Notes: generated by a model not told the origin, from the sequence alone. Positions 1 through 10,154 are shown, numbered from the stretch's first letter. The stretch: 64,000 nucleotides of DNA from Bacteroidota bacterium (GCA_018267065.1 JAFDZG010000197.1:1486-65485), one strand, 5' to 3'. A program made the numbers and translations.

Positions 1-3000
1 CCGTCGTAAATGGTCAAGTGGTCCCAATTGCTGCTTTCCACCTGTCCGCTGGTGAACGACAGGGTGAAATCTCCCGTGCCATTGGAATGGTACGCCCACT
101 GATGGTTGTCGTTTACAGCGTAGCAGTAGCTGTCGCTAACTACAGCACCCCCGCATTGGATCTGTGTGGGCGGGGGAGGATCGGTTACGCACAAGGAGAA
201 TGGACCTCCTTCGGCGGACCTGCTTGCTACCCTGATGTAGTATGTGTTGCCCGGGGTCAAGCCCGTCAGGGTATACTCCGTGCCTGGCGCCGCAAATCCG
301 GGGCCCACCAAGGCACAGAGCAACTCAGTTCCGCCACAGGCATCATAGGCGGAGAGGAAATAGACCAAGCCGGTGGAGTCCTGGGTCAGGGAGACGATTT
401 GCCTGTCGCCATTGGCCACAAAACTGTAGTAAACATCGATCAAGCCCAAGGTCTGGTTCACACAGGCGGGGTTCGCTTGCGGGGAACCAGTGGCACCTGC
501 CAATGTTCCGGTTGTGGGCGTGCAACCACCGAATGGTGCCACGGTTACCGGTTCCGCATTGGAGCACGTGTCGTTTGCCAATGGTTCAATGCCGCTTTCA
601 GTCACGCAAACCTCGAAGTTGGCACCATCGAGCGACACCACCCGGATGATGTAGGTGTTGCCCGCCACGAGTCCTGCTACCAAGGTGGAGTCAGGGTCAA
701 ACTCACAACTGAGTTCATTGCCGTTGCATCCGTCGTACACGGAAGCATTGAAGACTGTGGCCGTATTAAGCCCGGCTACATGCACGTAGTGGGCAAAGCC
801 CGTTGCCACGAAGGAGTAGTACACCGCTGGCAATGAAATGCTGTTGTTAATGCAGCCCGATCCCGTCATCGGTTCCAAGGCTGCCCCGATGGTGCTGCCA
901 TTCACCGTGTTGCACTGGCCTTGCGGGCTTACCGTCAGGGCAGTGGCCGATGCGCAATCTTGGTTGGGCGGATTGCAAGCAAAAGTGGTGCTCACATAGG
1001 CATCGCAAAGTGGTTCGGGACCGAAGCTGACCAAGTAGGTCACATTGGTGCCGTTGAAGTAAGGTCCGAACGTGTAAGTGCCCAAACCACCCGATTGAGC
1101 AGGGCTGCCTTGGTCGTCCGTTACGGTAACCGATGCCCCGTCACCCAAACTGGTCACGTTCACATCCACGCTGTATTGGAAGTTGCCACAATCGGGAATG
1201 ATGGAGGTTGTTGCAACCGGCGGTGCACAAGGCGGAGGTGACACGTTCAACGTGTAGTCTTCCACTTGCCCGAATGTCGAATTGCCGCACGGGTCGGCGT
1301 TGGGCCCATTGATGGTATTGTCCAAACGTACACGCATCCGGGTGGTTCCGCCCAAAGCGGCGCTGGACATGTAGAAGTTGCCCGTGATGGTATAGTTCAT
1401 CGGCGGGTTGGGGTTTGCCGGGTTGTAACCAATGAACACCCGTTCATCCGGTGTGAACAACAGGTCTTGGTTGGCATCGATCCATACCTGTACCCGGTCG
1501 GCATCATACCCTTGGGAAACATCAATGGTAATGGGGTAGAATGCACCGGCCTGCACGTTGCCAACAACAGCGGTGAAGTCCTCATAGCCAACAGAGGAAC
1601 TGGACGAGTTGTCCACATTGGAGAAGGCAACGCGTCCAATGTTCAGGACTGCGGCATTTGCGGTGGCCCCGGCCTGGCAGTAACCCATGAACACGGTGGT
1701 GGCCGCCCAACTGCTCAGGTCCAAGCCTGCGGAGCACACGCCTTGTACATAGAACGTATAGGTGGAGCCGTTCGTCAATCCGGGAATGCTGACCGGACCG
1801 GCTGTTACGTTGCCGGAAGCCACGGCGCCCGGGCTGCCGGGAGCCAGGGCATCGCTGCGCAGCTCCCAGTTGTAGCTTTCCGAGGCATTGTTGGTCCAAG
1901 TCAAGGAGGCCGTACCGCCCGCCAAATTGGTGATTACAGCGACCGGTGCGAAACAGGTGGGTGTTTCCACGGTGAAGGTGTAGTCCTCCGTTTCACCGTA
2001 ATATGTGCCGGTGCCGCATGGCACTGGATTGTTAAGCCAGTCGGTGCGGATGCGCATCCGGTAGTTGCCATCGGCCTGGCCTGTTGGAACGGTGATGGTG
2101 CCGGCGTTGGAGCCAGCATAGGAAGTGTTGGTAAATGCCACTTCGCCCGCATCGTCAAAATCCAGGTCATTGTTCCAATCCACCCAAATGGTGAACTCGT
2201 ACGTGTCTCCGCCGTAATCGGAACTGAAGTTCACCGTGCCACCGGCGCTGTCCGAGACGGTCATGGTGGTGAAATCGCCGTAGCCGTTGGTGGAGAAGCC
2301 TGAGTTCAGGTTGGAGATGTTCTGGAAGCCGCCGCTGGTGGAGAAGTTCGCGATCAGGTATGCACTGTTCAACCCCGTTGCCGCACAATAGCCGGTGAAG
2401 AAGGCGTGTGAAGCCCAAGTGCTGGTGTCGGCAATGCCGCAAACGGAACGCACGTAAAAGGTGTAGCTCGTGTTGGCGGTAAGGACGCTGGTGCTGGCCG
2501 TGGTGATGCCCGCTGCCGTGGAACCATTGCCGGTAAGGCCGGTGGCACCGCTGCCCGGGGCACCGCTGCTGCGCACTTCCCATTGGTAACCATCAGCAGG
2601 GTTGCTGGCGCTGGCTGTCCAAGAGAGGTCAGCGGAGGTGCCGGTGACGTTGGAAACTGTCAAGGCTGTGGGCGGCAAACAGTTCGGCACAGGTTCCACC
2701 ACCACGTTGTCAATGTATACGAAATTGCCATAGCCGGTCACAGCCCTGAACCGAATCATGTTCGCGCCGGCTGGGATGTCGTACACCAAGGTGGTCCAAT
2801 TCGCTGCGGAAGGAATATAACCGCTGGTTGTGGCTGGCGCGGTGCTCAACACACCCACACCGTCCTCATTGCTCATGGCTTGGAGGATGGCCCATGTGGC
2901 ACCGGCATCAACGGAGGTTTCCAAGTATACGCTGTCGATGCTACCGGGATAGGCTGCACCAGCCACGTCAAAGCGCACGCGGTAGTCGGTTGGTGCAGGG

Positions 3001-4976
3001 GAGAACGCATTGCTTGTAAGTGTGGCCGTACCGGAGGAAACGTTGTAGAAAAGTAGCCGAACACAAGCCGAATCCGTAGGATTGCCACTGGGGCCACTGG
3101 CAATGCCATCACCAGGATTGGAGTATACGGCTTGGAGTAAAGCTGGTGCATCATTTTTTGACCAGCAGGGTGGGGGCATCAACACGTCCTCGAAATCCTC
3201 TGCAAAGGGCAGCGTGGCCACATCGCATGGTGTGGCAAAGCTCATGGGTCCTGCCCAAGTGCTAAAGTCTCCTCCACAATCGCTTCGCACATACAAAGCG
3301 TATGTCGTGTTGGCCGTCAGACCCGTGGCACTGGCCGTAGTGCCTGCCGTGGTTCCGCTGGCATCCGGGCCGGGGTCACCGGCGTTTCCACTGCTGCGCA
3401 CTTCCCATTGGTACCCGTTGGCCGGGGCAGGGCTTGCAGCTGTCCAGCTAAGGTCTGCCGTGGAAACAGTAATATTCGATGCGGTTGGGGAGGAGGGGCT
3501 GATGCAAGTGGGTGGGGGAAGCACATTTACCGTGTAGTCCTCTGCTTCACCATAAGTTGCGGAACGGCACGGATCAGGGGTGGCATTGTTATAATCCACC
3601 ATGACCCGCATGCGGGAGTTGCCCAACACGGCGGTCATTGGCACGGTGATGGGAAGCGTATAGGTCAGCACCGTGCCATCACCCACGCTTGCTGCCAAGG
3701 TGTACACCTCCCCGGCATCGTTTAATATCCCATTCTGGTTCCAATCAATGAACGCATACAGGTAATCCAAACCGTCAGAATCGAAGGAAACGGAGAGCGT
3801 GCTTGTTGCTCCTTGGGAAATCGTGGCCACGTTGGAAGTGTAATTCACCGGACCCCCCACGGATGCACCACTGCTTTGGTTAATTCCGCCGAAATTCACA
3901 TTGGTGATGAATTCAAAGGTGGCATTGGTGAAATTTGAATTGCAGTAGCAATTCAAGAACGTGTTCATCCCCACTTGCAGCGGTGTGCTGGCGGCTGTGC
4001 CATTGCCCGCGCAAGTCACTTGGCAACGGTACCAAGTGGCGGCGGTTTGGGAACCGGAATAGCTGGCGCTGGTGCTTGCCCCTGCGGCATTCGCCCACGA
4101 ACTCCCATCAACCGAGCTTTCCCATTGGTAGGTGACACCGGAGCCACTCGTGCTATTTTGCACGCCAAGAATAAACGGCGCACCGGGACATACCAATGCA
4201 GGACCTGTGGTATTGCCAGGTGTGGGTGTGCTGTTGCATGCGACTCCAGCTGTGTAGGTTACTTGTGCATTGAACCGCCAAGGAATGGTGGTCCAGGCCG
4301 AATATGTTCCCGGAATCGCAGTGCTTGCCGACCAGCCCATGGCCTGGCTGGTTGCAGTAGTTGCGTAGCGCCAAAGGAATGACCCGTTTGTCAAGCCGGA
4401 GGAAGCGCCGTTCACATCCCACGAAATATATACTTCCAAGGCCCCACCTGAATACATGAAGGGAGTGCCTAATGTAATCGTCCAAAAGCCTGCAACCGCA
4501 GGAACATCAGCAGGCCCAACCGCGTTGTTGGAATATGCCAGGGTTGCAGTACCAACCATGGCGTCCCACGATGTGCCGCTTGTTAATGCAGTGGATGACG
4601 AATTCTTCAAGTAAATGTTCATCGTGGCAGTGCGTCCTGTCATGATGGTACTGGCGGTCGTTTTGTCGAATGCGATAGCCGTTACCATGGAACCAGAGGG
4701 CATGGCCGCCAAGTCGGTTGCGGTCCATAGTTGAATGCTCTTGGACCAGCCAAAGGCGCTTGTTTGGCTGGATCGGTAAATGGGATTGCCGTTCTGGGTC
4801 GTTGTACTTATGGATGTGCCTGATCCAATGGAGATGGTTTGCGCCTGTAGGTTCGGGGCGATGATGGTGGCCAACGCCAACAACGGGACCAATGCACATA
4901 ATTTCAGGTAGGATCTACGCCAACTGTTGAACAGGGCTGGCCATAGTCTCACATCGGGTGTCCTTTCTGTGTTCAT
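1..4976 (-). CDS. Giant secreted repeat protein with GEVED-motif modules; 5' partial in window, C-terminus lies beyond position 1
   Basis: I translated the minus strand continuously from the ATG at 4976 with no stop down to position 1 (frame ends ...NDNHQWAYHSNGTGDFTLSFTSGQVESSNWDHLTIYDG). The N-terminus MNTERTP...KLCALVPLLALATIIAPNLQAQ is signal-peptide-like. It contains the GEVED signature ...CRSATYGEAEDYTVNV. The ORF track misses it because there is no stop inside the window. Confidence 0.8.
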   Translation of the reverse strand, partial: MNTERTPDVRLWPALFNSWRRSYLKLCALVPLLALATIIAPNLQAQTISIGSGTSISTTTQNGNPIYRSSQTSAFGWSKSIQLWTATDLAAMPSGSMVTAIAFDKTTASTIMTGRTATMNIYLKNSSSTALTSGTSWDAMVGTATLAYSNNAVGPADVPAVAGFWTITLGTPFMYSGGALEVYISWDVNGASSGLTNGSFLWRYATTATSQAMGWSASTAIPGTYSAWTTIPWRFNAQVTYTAGVACNSTPTPGNTTGPALVCPGAPFILGVQNSTSGSGVTYQWESSVDGSSWANAAGASTSASYSGSQTAATWYRCQVTCAGNGTAASTPLQVGMNTFLNCYCNSNFTNATFEFITNVNFGGINQSSGASVGGPVNYTSNVATISQGATSTLSVSFDSDGLDYLYAFIDWNQNGILNDAGEVYTLAASVGDGTVLTYTLPITVPMTAVLGNSRMRVMVDYNNATPDPCRSATYGEAEDYTVNVLPPPTCISPSSPTASNITVSTADLSWTAASPAPANGYQWEVRSSGNAGDPGPDASGTTAGTTASATGLTANTTYALYVRSDCGGDFSTWAGPMSFATPCDVATLPFAEDFEDVLMPPPCWSKNDAPALLQAVYSNPGDGIASGPSGNPTDSACVRLLFYNVSSGTATLTSNAFSPAPTDYRVRFDVAGAAYPGSIDSVYLETSVDAGATWAILQAMSNEDGVGVLSTAPATTSGYIPSAANWTTLVYDIPAGANMIRFRAVTGYGNFVYIDNVVVEPVPNCLPPTALTVSNVTGTSADLSWTASASNPADGYQWEVRSSGAPGSGATGLTGNGSTAAGITTASTSVLTANTSYTFYVRSVCGIADTSTWASHAFFTGYCAATGLNSAYLIANFSTSGGFQNISNLNSGFSTNGYGDFTTMTVSDSAGGTVNFSSDYGGDTYEFTIWVDWNNDLDFDDAGEVAFTNTSYAGSNAGTITVPTGQADGNYRMRIRTDWLNNPVPCGTGTYYGETEDYTFTVETPTCFAPVAVITNLAGGTASLTWTNNASESYNWELRSDALAPGSPGAVASGNVTAGPVSIPGLTNGSTYTFYVQGVCSAGLDLSSWAATTVFMGYCQAGATANAAVLNIGRVAFSNVDNSSSSSVGYEDFTAVVGNVQAGAFYPITIDVSQGYDADRVQVWIDANQDLLFTPDERVFIGYNPANPNPPMNYTITGNFYMSSAALGGTTRMRVRLDNTINGPNADPCGNSTFGQVEDYTLNVSPPPCAPPVATTSIIPDCGNFQYSVDVNVTSLGDGASVTVTDDQGSPAQSGGLGTYTFGPYFNGTNVTYLVSFGPEPLCDAYVSTTFACNPPNQDCASATALTVSPQGQCNTVNGSTIGAALEPMTGSGCINNSISLPAVYYSFVATGFAHYVHVAGLNTATVFNASVYDGCNGNELSCEFDPDSTLVAGLVAGNTYIIRVVSLDGANFEVCVTESGIEPLANDTCSNAEPVTVAPFGGCTPTTGTLAGATGSPQANPACVNQTLGLIDVYYSFVANGDRQIVSLTQDSTGLVYFLSAYDACGGTELLCALVGPGFAAPGTEYTLTGLTPGNTYYIRVASRSAEGGPFSLCVTDPPPPTQIQCGGAVVSDSYCYAVNDNHQWAYHSNGTGDFTLSFTSGQVESSNWDHLTIYD

Positions 4977-5431
4977 GGTCTTAGGGGGTTGGTAAATTGT
5001 TTGGAGTTATCGCGCAATGCATACCATGCTCCTCTTCAGAAATGAAAGCCCGACGCACTCGAATTTGGGTTGGGAAGGGGCTTAAGGTCGAATAGTGGCA
5101 TGGTGGAGCCACAATCTATTTGAATCAATGAGAAAAAATCCAAAAAAATGTTTTTATCCACATGAGGCAACCAATGTGCGCTATGAACGTACATCGGCAA
5201 CTACGTTGAATCACGTATGCGCGCCTAATAGTTTGGTAATTAGGCAAATGCAAGTCTGGTTCAGGATTTCATTGGAAGGCGTGACCATGCCAATCGCTTT
5301 GAGAACTGCTATGGGTGTTGAAAATTCACGCGAATCACACCTGAATGCCCCGCTGGCCCCCGTTGATAAACCAATTCCCGCATGCAAGGGGGGAGCGCCC
5401 TTTTGACACGTCCCATTAGGTTTCTGGTATT

Positions 5432-5461
5432 GGGATGCAGGCTTCGAGGACCTCAGTCTAC
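5432..5461. repeat. Copy 1 of a 30-nt imperfect direct repeat (gggatgcaggcttcgaggacctcagtctac) in a 628-bp spacer
   Basis: 27/30 identical to copy 2 at 5569..5598, by direct visual alignment. Confidence 0.7.
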
Positions 5462-5568
5462 GTCAAGAGCCTCATTGGTTCGCTCAAGGTGTTCCGCCGC
5501 ATAGCGGTGGCCCTATAGCAGGCAAAGTGGCCGCCCTTTTCGGAACGGCCCCTCGGCTTAGATTTTGC

Positions 5569-5598
5569 GGGATGTAGGCTTCGAGTGCCTCAGCTTAC
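5569..5598. repeat. Copy 2 of the 30-nt direct repeat (gggatgtaggcttcgagtgcctcagcttac); sits immediately 3' of the stop of the 5605..10071 gene
   Basis: Sequence alignment with 5432..5461. Arms gtaggct/agcctac could pair across the gene's stop region. Confidence 0.6.
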
Positions 5599-5604
5599 TT
5601 CAGC

Positions 5605-8600
5605 CTACCGTACAATGCTTAGTCGATGCACGGTCTTTACACTATTCACGGTGATGGCCACCAAATACACGCCGCTGGCGAGGTCGGCGGGAAGTTGCAG
5701 GATGGTGCTGAAACGCTCGCCATTGTTGCCGAACTCATGGCTGAACACGGGTTTGCCATTGACCTCAAGCACTTGCACTTCGATCTGCTGTTCGGCATGC
5801 TTCAATCCGGTGATGTTCAGGTTTACCTGGCCATCCCGCACCGGGTTGGGCCACAGTGTGGCCGTGCCGAAGCCGCTTTGTTCCAAGGCGGCAAATTCGT
5901 TGTTCCCGCCATTGTCAATGGTAATGGTGCAGGTACTGGTGCAGAATCCGCTGTATACACCGCCCACCCTAACGTTCATCTGCACATTGTAGGTGGAGCC
6001 GTTGGTCAACGGAGGGGCCACATCGTTGTTCCACTTGAGCTGCAGGATGTACGTGCCGCGGATAAAGGTTTGGTCGTAGCCTTCACCCAAGTTGTAGATC
6101 CGGAACTGGTATTCCGTGGCCCCTACCACCGGTTTTGCATAGATGAAACTGTTGTTGGTGGGCGGGTTGAATGCGCGTGTCTCGTTGCAGGAATGGCCAT
6201 AGTTGGGGGCCATGATCAGTTCACTGCACGGTACCAAGGGGGCCAATCCCATGTCGCAACCATTGCCGAAGTGCGCGCTGGCCACCGGACCGGCCACATT
6301 GGTGCGTACACGGGCGAAGTACTTCACGCCGGGCACCAATGGGTTGGATACCATGTCCCAGAAAGTTACGTAGTTGGTGGTGCGGACGATGCGGCGCAGG
6401 AAGCCGGCATCGGGATCGCTGAACTCGAACTGGTACTGTGTGGCGCCGGTCACTTTGTTGCAGTACACCTTGTTGCCTTGCAGGTTGGTGAATATGCCGC
6501 ATTCATTGGCGGCAATGTTTGCGGGCCCGGGAGGCAGGCAGAAGCTGTGGCCGAAGCCGTAGCTCGCGGTGGCCGGTGTGCTCGTTGGTGAAGTGAAGCC
6601 GTCCACGCCGGCGTCGAAAAGGTCGCGCAGCAGCAGGCCGCCTGCGGGCGTGCGCAGCTCCCAGTAACCGTTGCCATTCACACAGCACAGGCCGTCGCCA
6701 TAGGAATCGGTGATGTATAGCTGGAAGCAATTGCCAGTGTTCGTGGGCAGGCAGTGGTTTTCGCTTACCAGGGTATTGTTGCCCATCGTTCCGTTCTGGG
6801 CCACCACGTTGTTGGCCTCGTCGTAGATCTGCCAGCCCAGGCCAGCGGCGTTGTTGTCGGTGAAGATGTTCACCACCACGGCTTCACCGCCTACATCCAT
6901 GCTTATTTGAGCTGCATCATTGGTGGTGATCTCATCGGCCAGGCCGTTGGGCAGGCTGGTGGCCACGGTCAATGTTTGGCCAAGGCCGGCCTCGGCGGCC
7001 ACAGTGGGCAAGGTGATGTTCGCCGACTGGCCGTAGGCGAGGTTGCCCGTCCAGTTGTACACATGGCTCGCGCCTCCGCTCAGGCCGTAGGTGATCTGCA
7101 CGCTGGTCAGGTTATCATCACCATTGTTCAGCAGGGTCGCGTTGGGGGCCATTGTAGAGCCGCAATACAAGCCAGGTGCCGGGGAGTTGATGGCCGTGAT
7201 GGCCGCATCACTGTGGGCGGGATGTTCCACCAACAGGCCAAACGTGCCCGATACTCCGGTGCCTCCCGTATTATGCACCAGCAGGCGATACTCCGTGCCT
7301 GGTACCACCGCAATGGTATTGGTGCCGGCCGCATCCGTGCCCGCAACCGCTTCGTTGCCTGCACCAAGTCCGGAACAAGCACCCGTGTAGGCTGCAAAGT
7401 TCAAGGTGCTCGCGGTGTAAGGCGGTGTGCCGTTATCCGCCAAGGTGATCAGCGCGTGGCTGTACGCCCCACTGTTGAACGTGAACCAGACACCTTCCAC
7501 CGGAACTGTGCCGGAAAGTGAGGTTGGGGCATCCACGGTGGCACATTGGTTGGTGTAAAGTGCCGGAACGCCGGAACCGTCGGCCAATCCGTATGCAATT
7601 GCGGTGGCAGCTGGGCATTGATCATTCGCCGGTGGCGCGCAAATGGGTGCACAGATCACGGATATTTGGTAGTTTCCTTCAGTGGCCCCGGCCCCGTGAA
7701 CGGCGATCCAATAGGTGGAGCCCGCAACGGCGTTGAAGGAGGCTTGGCTGCTCCCTCCGGCACAGCCTTGGTAATCATCATTCATGGACAGGCACGCCAA
7801 GTTGTTGCAATCACTGCCGTTGAACACTGAAATGCGCGTGTCAAAATCCGCGTTGCCGCAGGTGCTGATCAGTACTTGTTCATTCGCTGCGGCGGTGTAG
7901 GTCCACCAGTTTTGGCCTCCCGTGCTGGCCGCACCATTGAACGGACACCCGGTTGCAGGCATGCTGTGGGCCACGCCCGTGGTGCTTCCCGAATAGGTCT
8001 GCCCGCATTGAACGGGATAGGCGGTTGTGCACGTGTTGTGTTGGGGCATCACCAGGATGCCATAGTCTTCTGCTTCACTGTAGTTGTTGTTCCCGCAGGC
8101 CGTTGGGGCACTGTTGTACCGCACCCTTACGCGCATTGCGATGGTTCCCAAAGCCGAGGTCATGGGCACGTTGATCGGGAGGGGAGATCCGCTGGGTGCT
8201 GCATCAGCCACGTTCGTTGCCGAGCCCAGGTTGTATTCTTCTCCGGCCTCAAATGTGCCGTTGGCGTTCCAGTCGATCCATGCCTTCACCTGCACGGTGT
8301 AATTGCCATCGGTGTTTACCCGCACCCCGAGCAGGTAGTTGTTTCCTTGCGTCACTGCCGTGGACAATGCGGTGAAATCCGTGTAGGCAGGTGCACCGAC
8401 GGAGCTGTTGTTCAATGTATTGAAACTTACGTTCGTCAATCCGGTGTTGTCATCCGTATTGGCACTTACCGTGCAATAACAGGCGGCACTGAGCGTGGGG
8501 GTTACCAGAACAGGTGTGCTGGTGCCCGTGTTGCCGCTGCATGTAGCGTTCACCCGGTACCAGGTGGGCACGGTTGCATTGGTCACTTGTGTTGAAGCAG

Positions 8601-10071
8601 TTCCCAGGCCATTGTCGGCAAATGGCCCCCCGGCACCGGTGGTGCTGCTCTGCCATTGGAAGGTCAAGCCCGTTTGGGACATGTCGTTCCCGGTTCCCAA
8701 TGTGAAGTTTGCGCCCGGGCAGGGTGTGGCGTTGTCCGTGGTCGTGTTTCCGGGAACAGGTGTGCCGCTGCATGGTACTGCGGCCTGAACGGTTACCGTG
8801 TAATCCTCGGTTTCACTGTAATTCTGGTTGCCGCAAGGAACTGCCGCAACACTGTACGTGGCCCTTACCCGCATCACGGTGTTTCCGGGCAGCGCGGCCA
8901 TTGGCACATTCACCATCACAGGGGAGCCGCTCGGCGCGCCGTTGGCCACATTGGTCACGGAACCCAGGTCATAGGCTTCACCGGCATCAAACGTTCCGTT
9001 CTGGTCCCAATCGATCCATGCCTTGGCATAAACTGTGTAGTTCCCATCGGTGTTCACCAATACCGAAAGAGGGTAGGCCGTGCCCTGGGTTACCGTGGTT
9101 GAAAGCGCGCTGAAGTCGGTGTAGGCGGGAGTGCCCACGGAATTGTTCAGGAGGGTGTGGAAGGTAACGTTGGTCAAACCGGTGTTGTCATCGGAATTGG
9201 CAGTTGGCGTGCAATAACACGACGCTGAAAGTCCGGGCGAAGCCAATACCGGCGTGCTGGTGCCCGTGTTGCCGCTGCAGGTTACGTTTACGCGATACCA
9301 TGTGGGCACAGTGGCACTTGTAATCTGAGTGGAAGCGGTTCCAAGGCCGTTGTTGGCATATGGCCCTCCCGGTCCACTGGTGCTGCTTTGCCATTGGAAG
9401 GTGAGGCCCAATGCGATCATGGGGTTTTCCGTTCCAAGCGTAAAGCTGCCGGCCGGACATGGCGTGGCATCGGAAATGGTGGTGTTTCCGGGGTTCGGGG
9501 TACCGCTGCAAGTGGGCAACGCAACGACGTTAATGGTATAGTCCTCCGTTTCACTGTTGTTGGTGTTGCCGCAAGCCGGGGGGGCCGTGCCACGCCTAGT
9601 GCGGATGCGCATGCGCGTGTTTCCCGCGGTTGCGGTCAAGGGCACCGTGATGTTGAGCGGGGAGTTGGATGTAAGGTCCGTGACGTTGCCAAGCCCGCTG
9701 GTCACGGTTCCGAGGTCATATTCCTCCGAAGCCGCGAAGGTTCCGTCCTGGTTCCAATCGATCCAGGCCCTGGCCGTATTGGTTGCGAAGAAACCCGTGG
9801 CGGTAATGGTAACGGAGAGACCATAGCTCTGCCCTGGGTTTACGGAGGTAGAGATTGATGTAAAGTCGGAATAAGCAGGTGAGCTTGATGAGCTGTTGTT
9901 AATGGAATTGAAGCTCACCAACGTGATTCCTGCAGCACCGGGGGTACTCGCGCCGGCCGTGCAATACGTCTGGGCACTGGTTTGTAGAACAAGGCCGAAC
10001 ACCGCTACCGTGCCGGTGATCACATTGCCCATGGAAGCCCAGATCGAGGAAGGTGGGTGTTGCGTTTTCAT
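5605..10071 (-). CDS. 1488-aa T9SS-secreted protein: signal peptide, four GEVED-motif modules (...NNSETEDYTINV, ...NYSETEDYTVTV, ...NYSEAEDYGILV), a PPC/pre-peptidase-like domain, FN3-like region, and a Por/T9SS C-terminal sorting domain
   Basis: Complete ORF. C-terminus ...GVYLVAITVNSVKTVHRLSIVR is typical of T9SS CTDs. The N-terminus has a hydrophobic signal (VAVFGLVLQTSAQ). Internal ~250-aa modules are repeated, which is also visible as similar antisense ORF shadows at 8450..8773 and 9188..9511. Confidence 0.85.
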   Translation of the reverse strand: MKTQHPPSSIWASMGNVITGTVAVFGLVLQTSAQTYCTAGASTPGAAGITLVSFNSINNSSSSSPAYSDFTSISTSVNPGQSYGLSVTITATGFFATNTARAWIDWNQDGTFAASEEYDLGTVTSGLGNVTDLTSNSPLNITVPLTATAGNTRMRIRTRRGTAPPACGNTNNSETEDYTINVVALPTCSGTPNPGNTTISDATPCPAGSFTLGTENPMIALGLTFQWQSSTSGPGGPYANNGLGTASTQITSATVPTWYRVNVTCSGNTGTSTPVLASPGLSASCYCTPTANSDDNTGLTNVTFHTLLNNSVGTPAYTDFSALSTTVTQGTAYPLSVLVNTDGNYTVYAKAWIDWDQNGTFDAGEAYDLGSVTNVANGAPSGSPVMVNVPMAALPGNTVMRVRATYSVAAVPCGNQNYSETEDYTVTVQAAVPCSGTPVPGNTTTDNATPCPGANFTLGTGNDMSQTGLTFQWQSSTTGAGGPFADNGLGTASTQVTNATVPTWYRVNATCSGNTGTSTPVLVTPTLSAACYCTVSANTDDNTGLTNVSFNTLNNSSVGAPAYTDFTALSTAVTQGNNYLLGVRVNTDGNYTVQVKAWIDWNANGTFEAGEEYNLGSATNVADAAPSGSPLPINVPMTSALGTIAMRVRVRYNSAPTACGNNNYSEAEDYGILVMPQHNTCTTAYPVQCGQTYSGSTTGVAHSMPATGCPFNGAASTGGQNWWTYTAAANEQVLISTCGNADFDTRISVFNGSDCNNLACLSMNDDYQGCAGGSSQASFNAVAGSTYWIAVHGAGATEGNYQISVICAPICAPPANDQCPAATAIAYGLADGSGVPALYTNQCATVDAPTSLSGTVPVEGVWFTFNSGAYSHALITLADNGTPPYTASTLNFAAYTGACSGLGAGNEAVAGTDAAGTNTIAVVPGTEYRLLVHNTGGTGVSGTFGLLVEHPAHSDAAITAINSPAPGLYCGSTMAPNATLLNNGDDNLTSVQITYGLSGGASHVYNWTGNLAYGQSANITLPTVAAEAGLGQTLTVATSLPNGLADEITTNDAAQISMDVGGEAVVVNIFTDNNAAGLGWQIYDEANNVVAQNGTMGNNTLVSENHCLPTNTGNCFQLYITDSYGDGLCCVNGNGYWELRTPAGGLLLRDLFDAGVDGFTSPTSTPATASYGFGHSFCLPPGPANIAANECGIFTNLQGNKVYCNKVTGATQYQFEFSDPDAGFLRRIVRTTNYVTFWDMVSNPLVPGVKYFARVRTNVAGPVASAHFGNGCDMGLAPLVPCSELIMAPNYGHSCNETRAFNPPTNNSFIYAKPVVGATEYQFRIYNLGEGYDQTFIRGTYILQLKWNNDVAPPLTNGSTYNVQMNVRVGGVYSGFCTSTCTITIDNGGNNEFAALEQSGFGTATLWPNPVRDGQVNLNITGLKHAEQQIEVQVLEVNGKPVFSHEFGNNGERFSTILQLPADLASGVYLVAITVNSVKTVHRLSIVR

Positions 10072-10127
10072 GGCCTGAATGTTGTTTGGTCTATGTTGCC
10101 GATGCTTAAGCCGAAACCAATGCTATT

Positions 10128-10154
10128 GTCGATGAATGAATCTTTGTCATCGAC
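10128..10154. promoter_or_regulatory. Inverted repeat gtcgatga-N11-tcatcgac in an AT-rich divergent promoter region (GEVED gene to the left, miaE to the right)
   Basis: Perfect 8-bp arms read directly. The surrounding 10072..10190 drops to low GC and contains a TTGACA hexamer on the minus strand. Confidence 0.4.

Noticed and set aside
18-3725. Series of plus-strand ORFs (18..836, 921..1241, 1266..2303, 2583..3056, 3082..3537, 3408..3725)
   Set aside because: They lie antisense to a single continuous minus-strand reading frame, which was translated by hand from the ATG at 4976 through position 1 and carries the GEVED motif. They are GC-rich shadow ORFs with no recognisable domains.
5095-5406. 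103-aa ORF inside the long spacer
   Set aside because: Located in the low-GC island. Translation is compositionally odd and has no domain or signal. More likely non-coding regulatory DNA.
5626-9858. Multiple long plus-strand ORFs (5626..6591, 6754..7521, 7876..8595, 8656..9102, 9388..9858) and the small minus ORFs 8450..8773 / 9188..9511
   Set aside because: All overlap the 5605..10071 T9SS gene in other frames. The similar small ORFs are simply the repeat structure of that gene seen out of frame.
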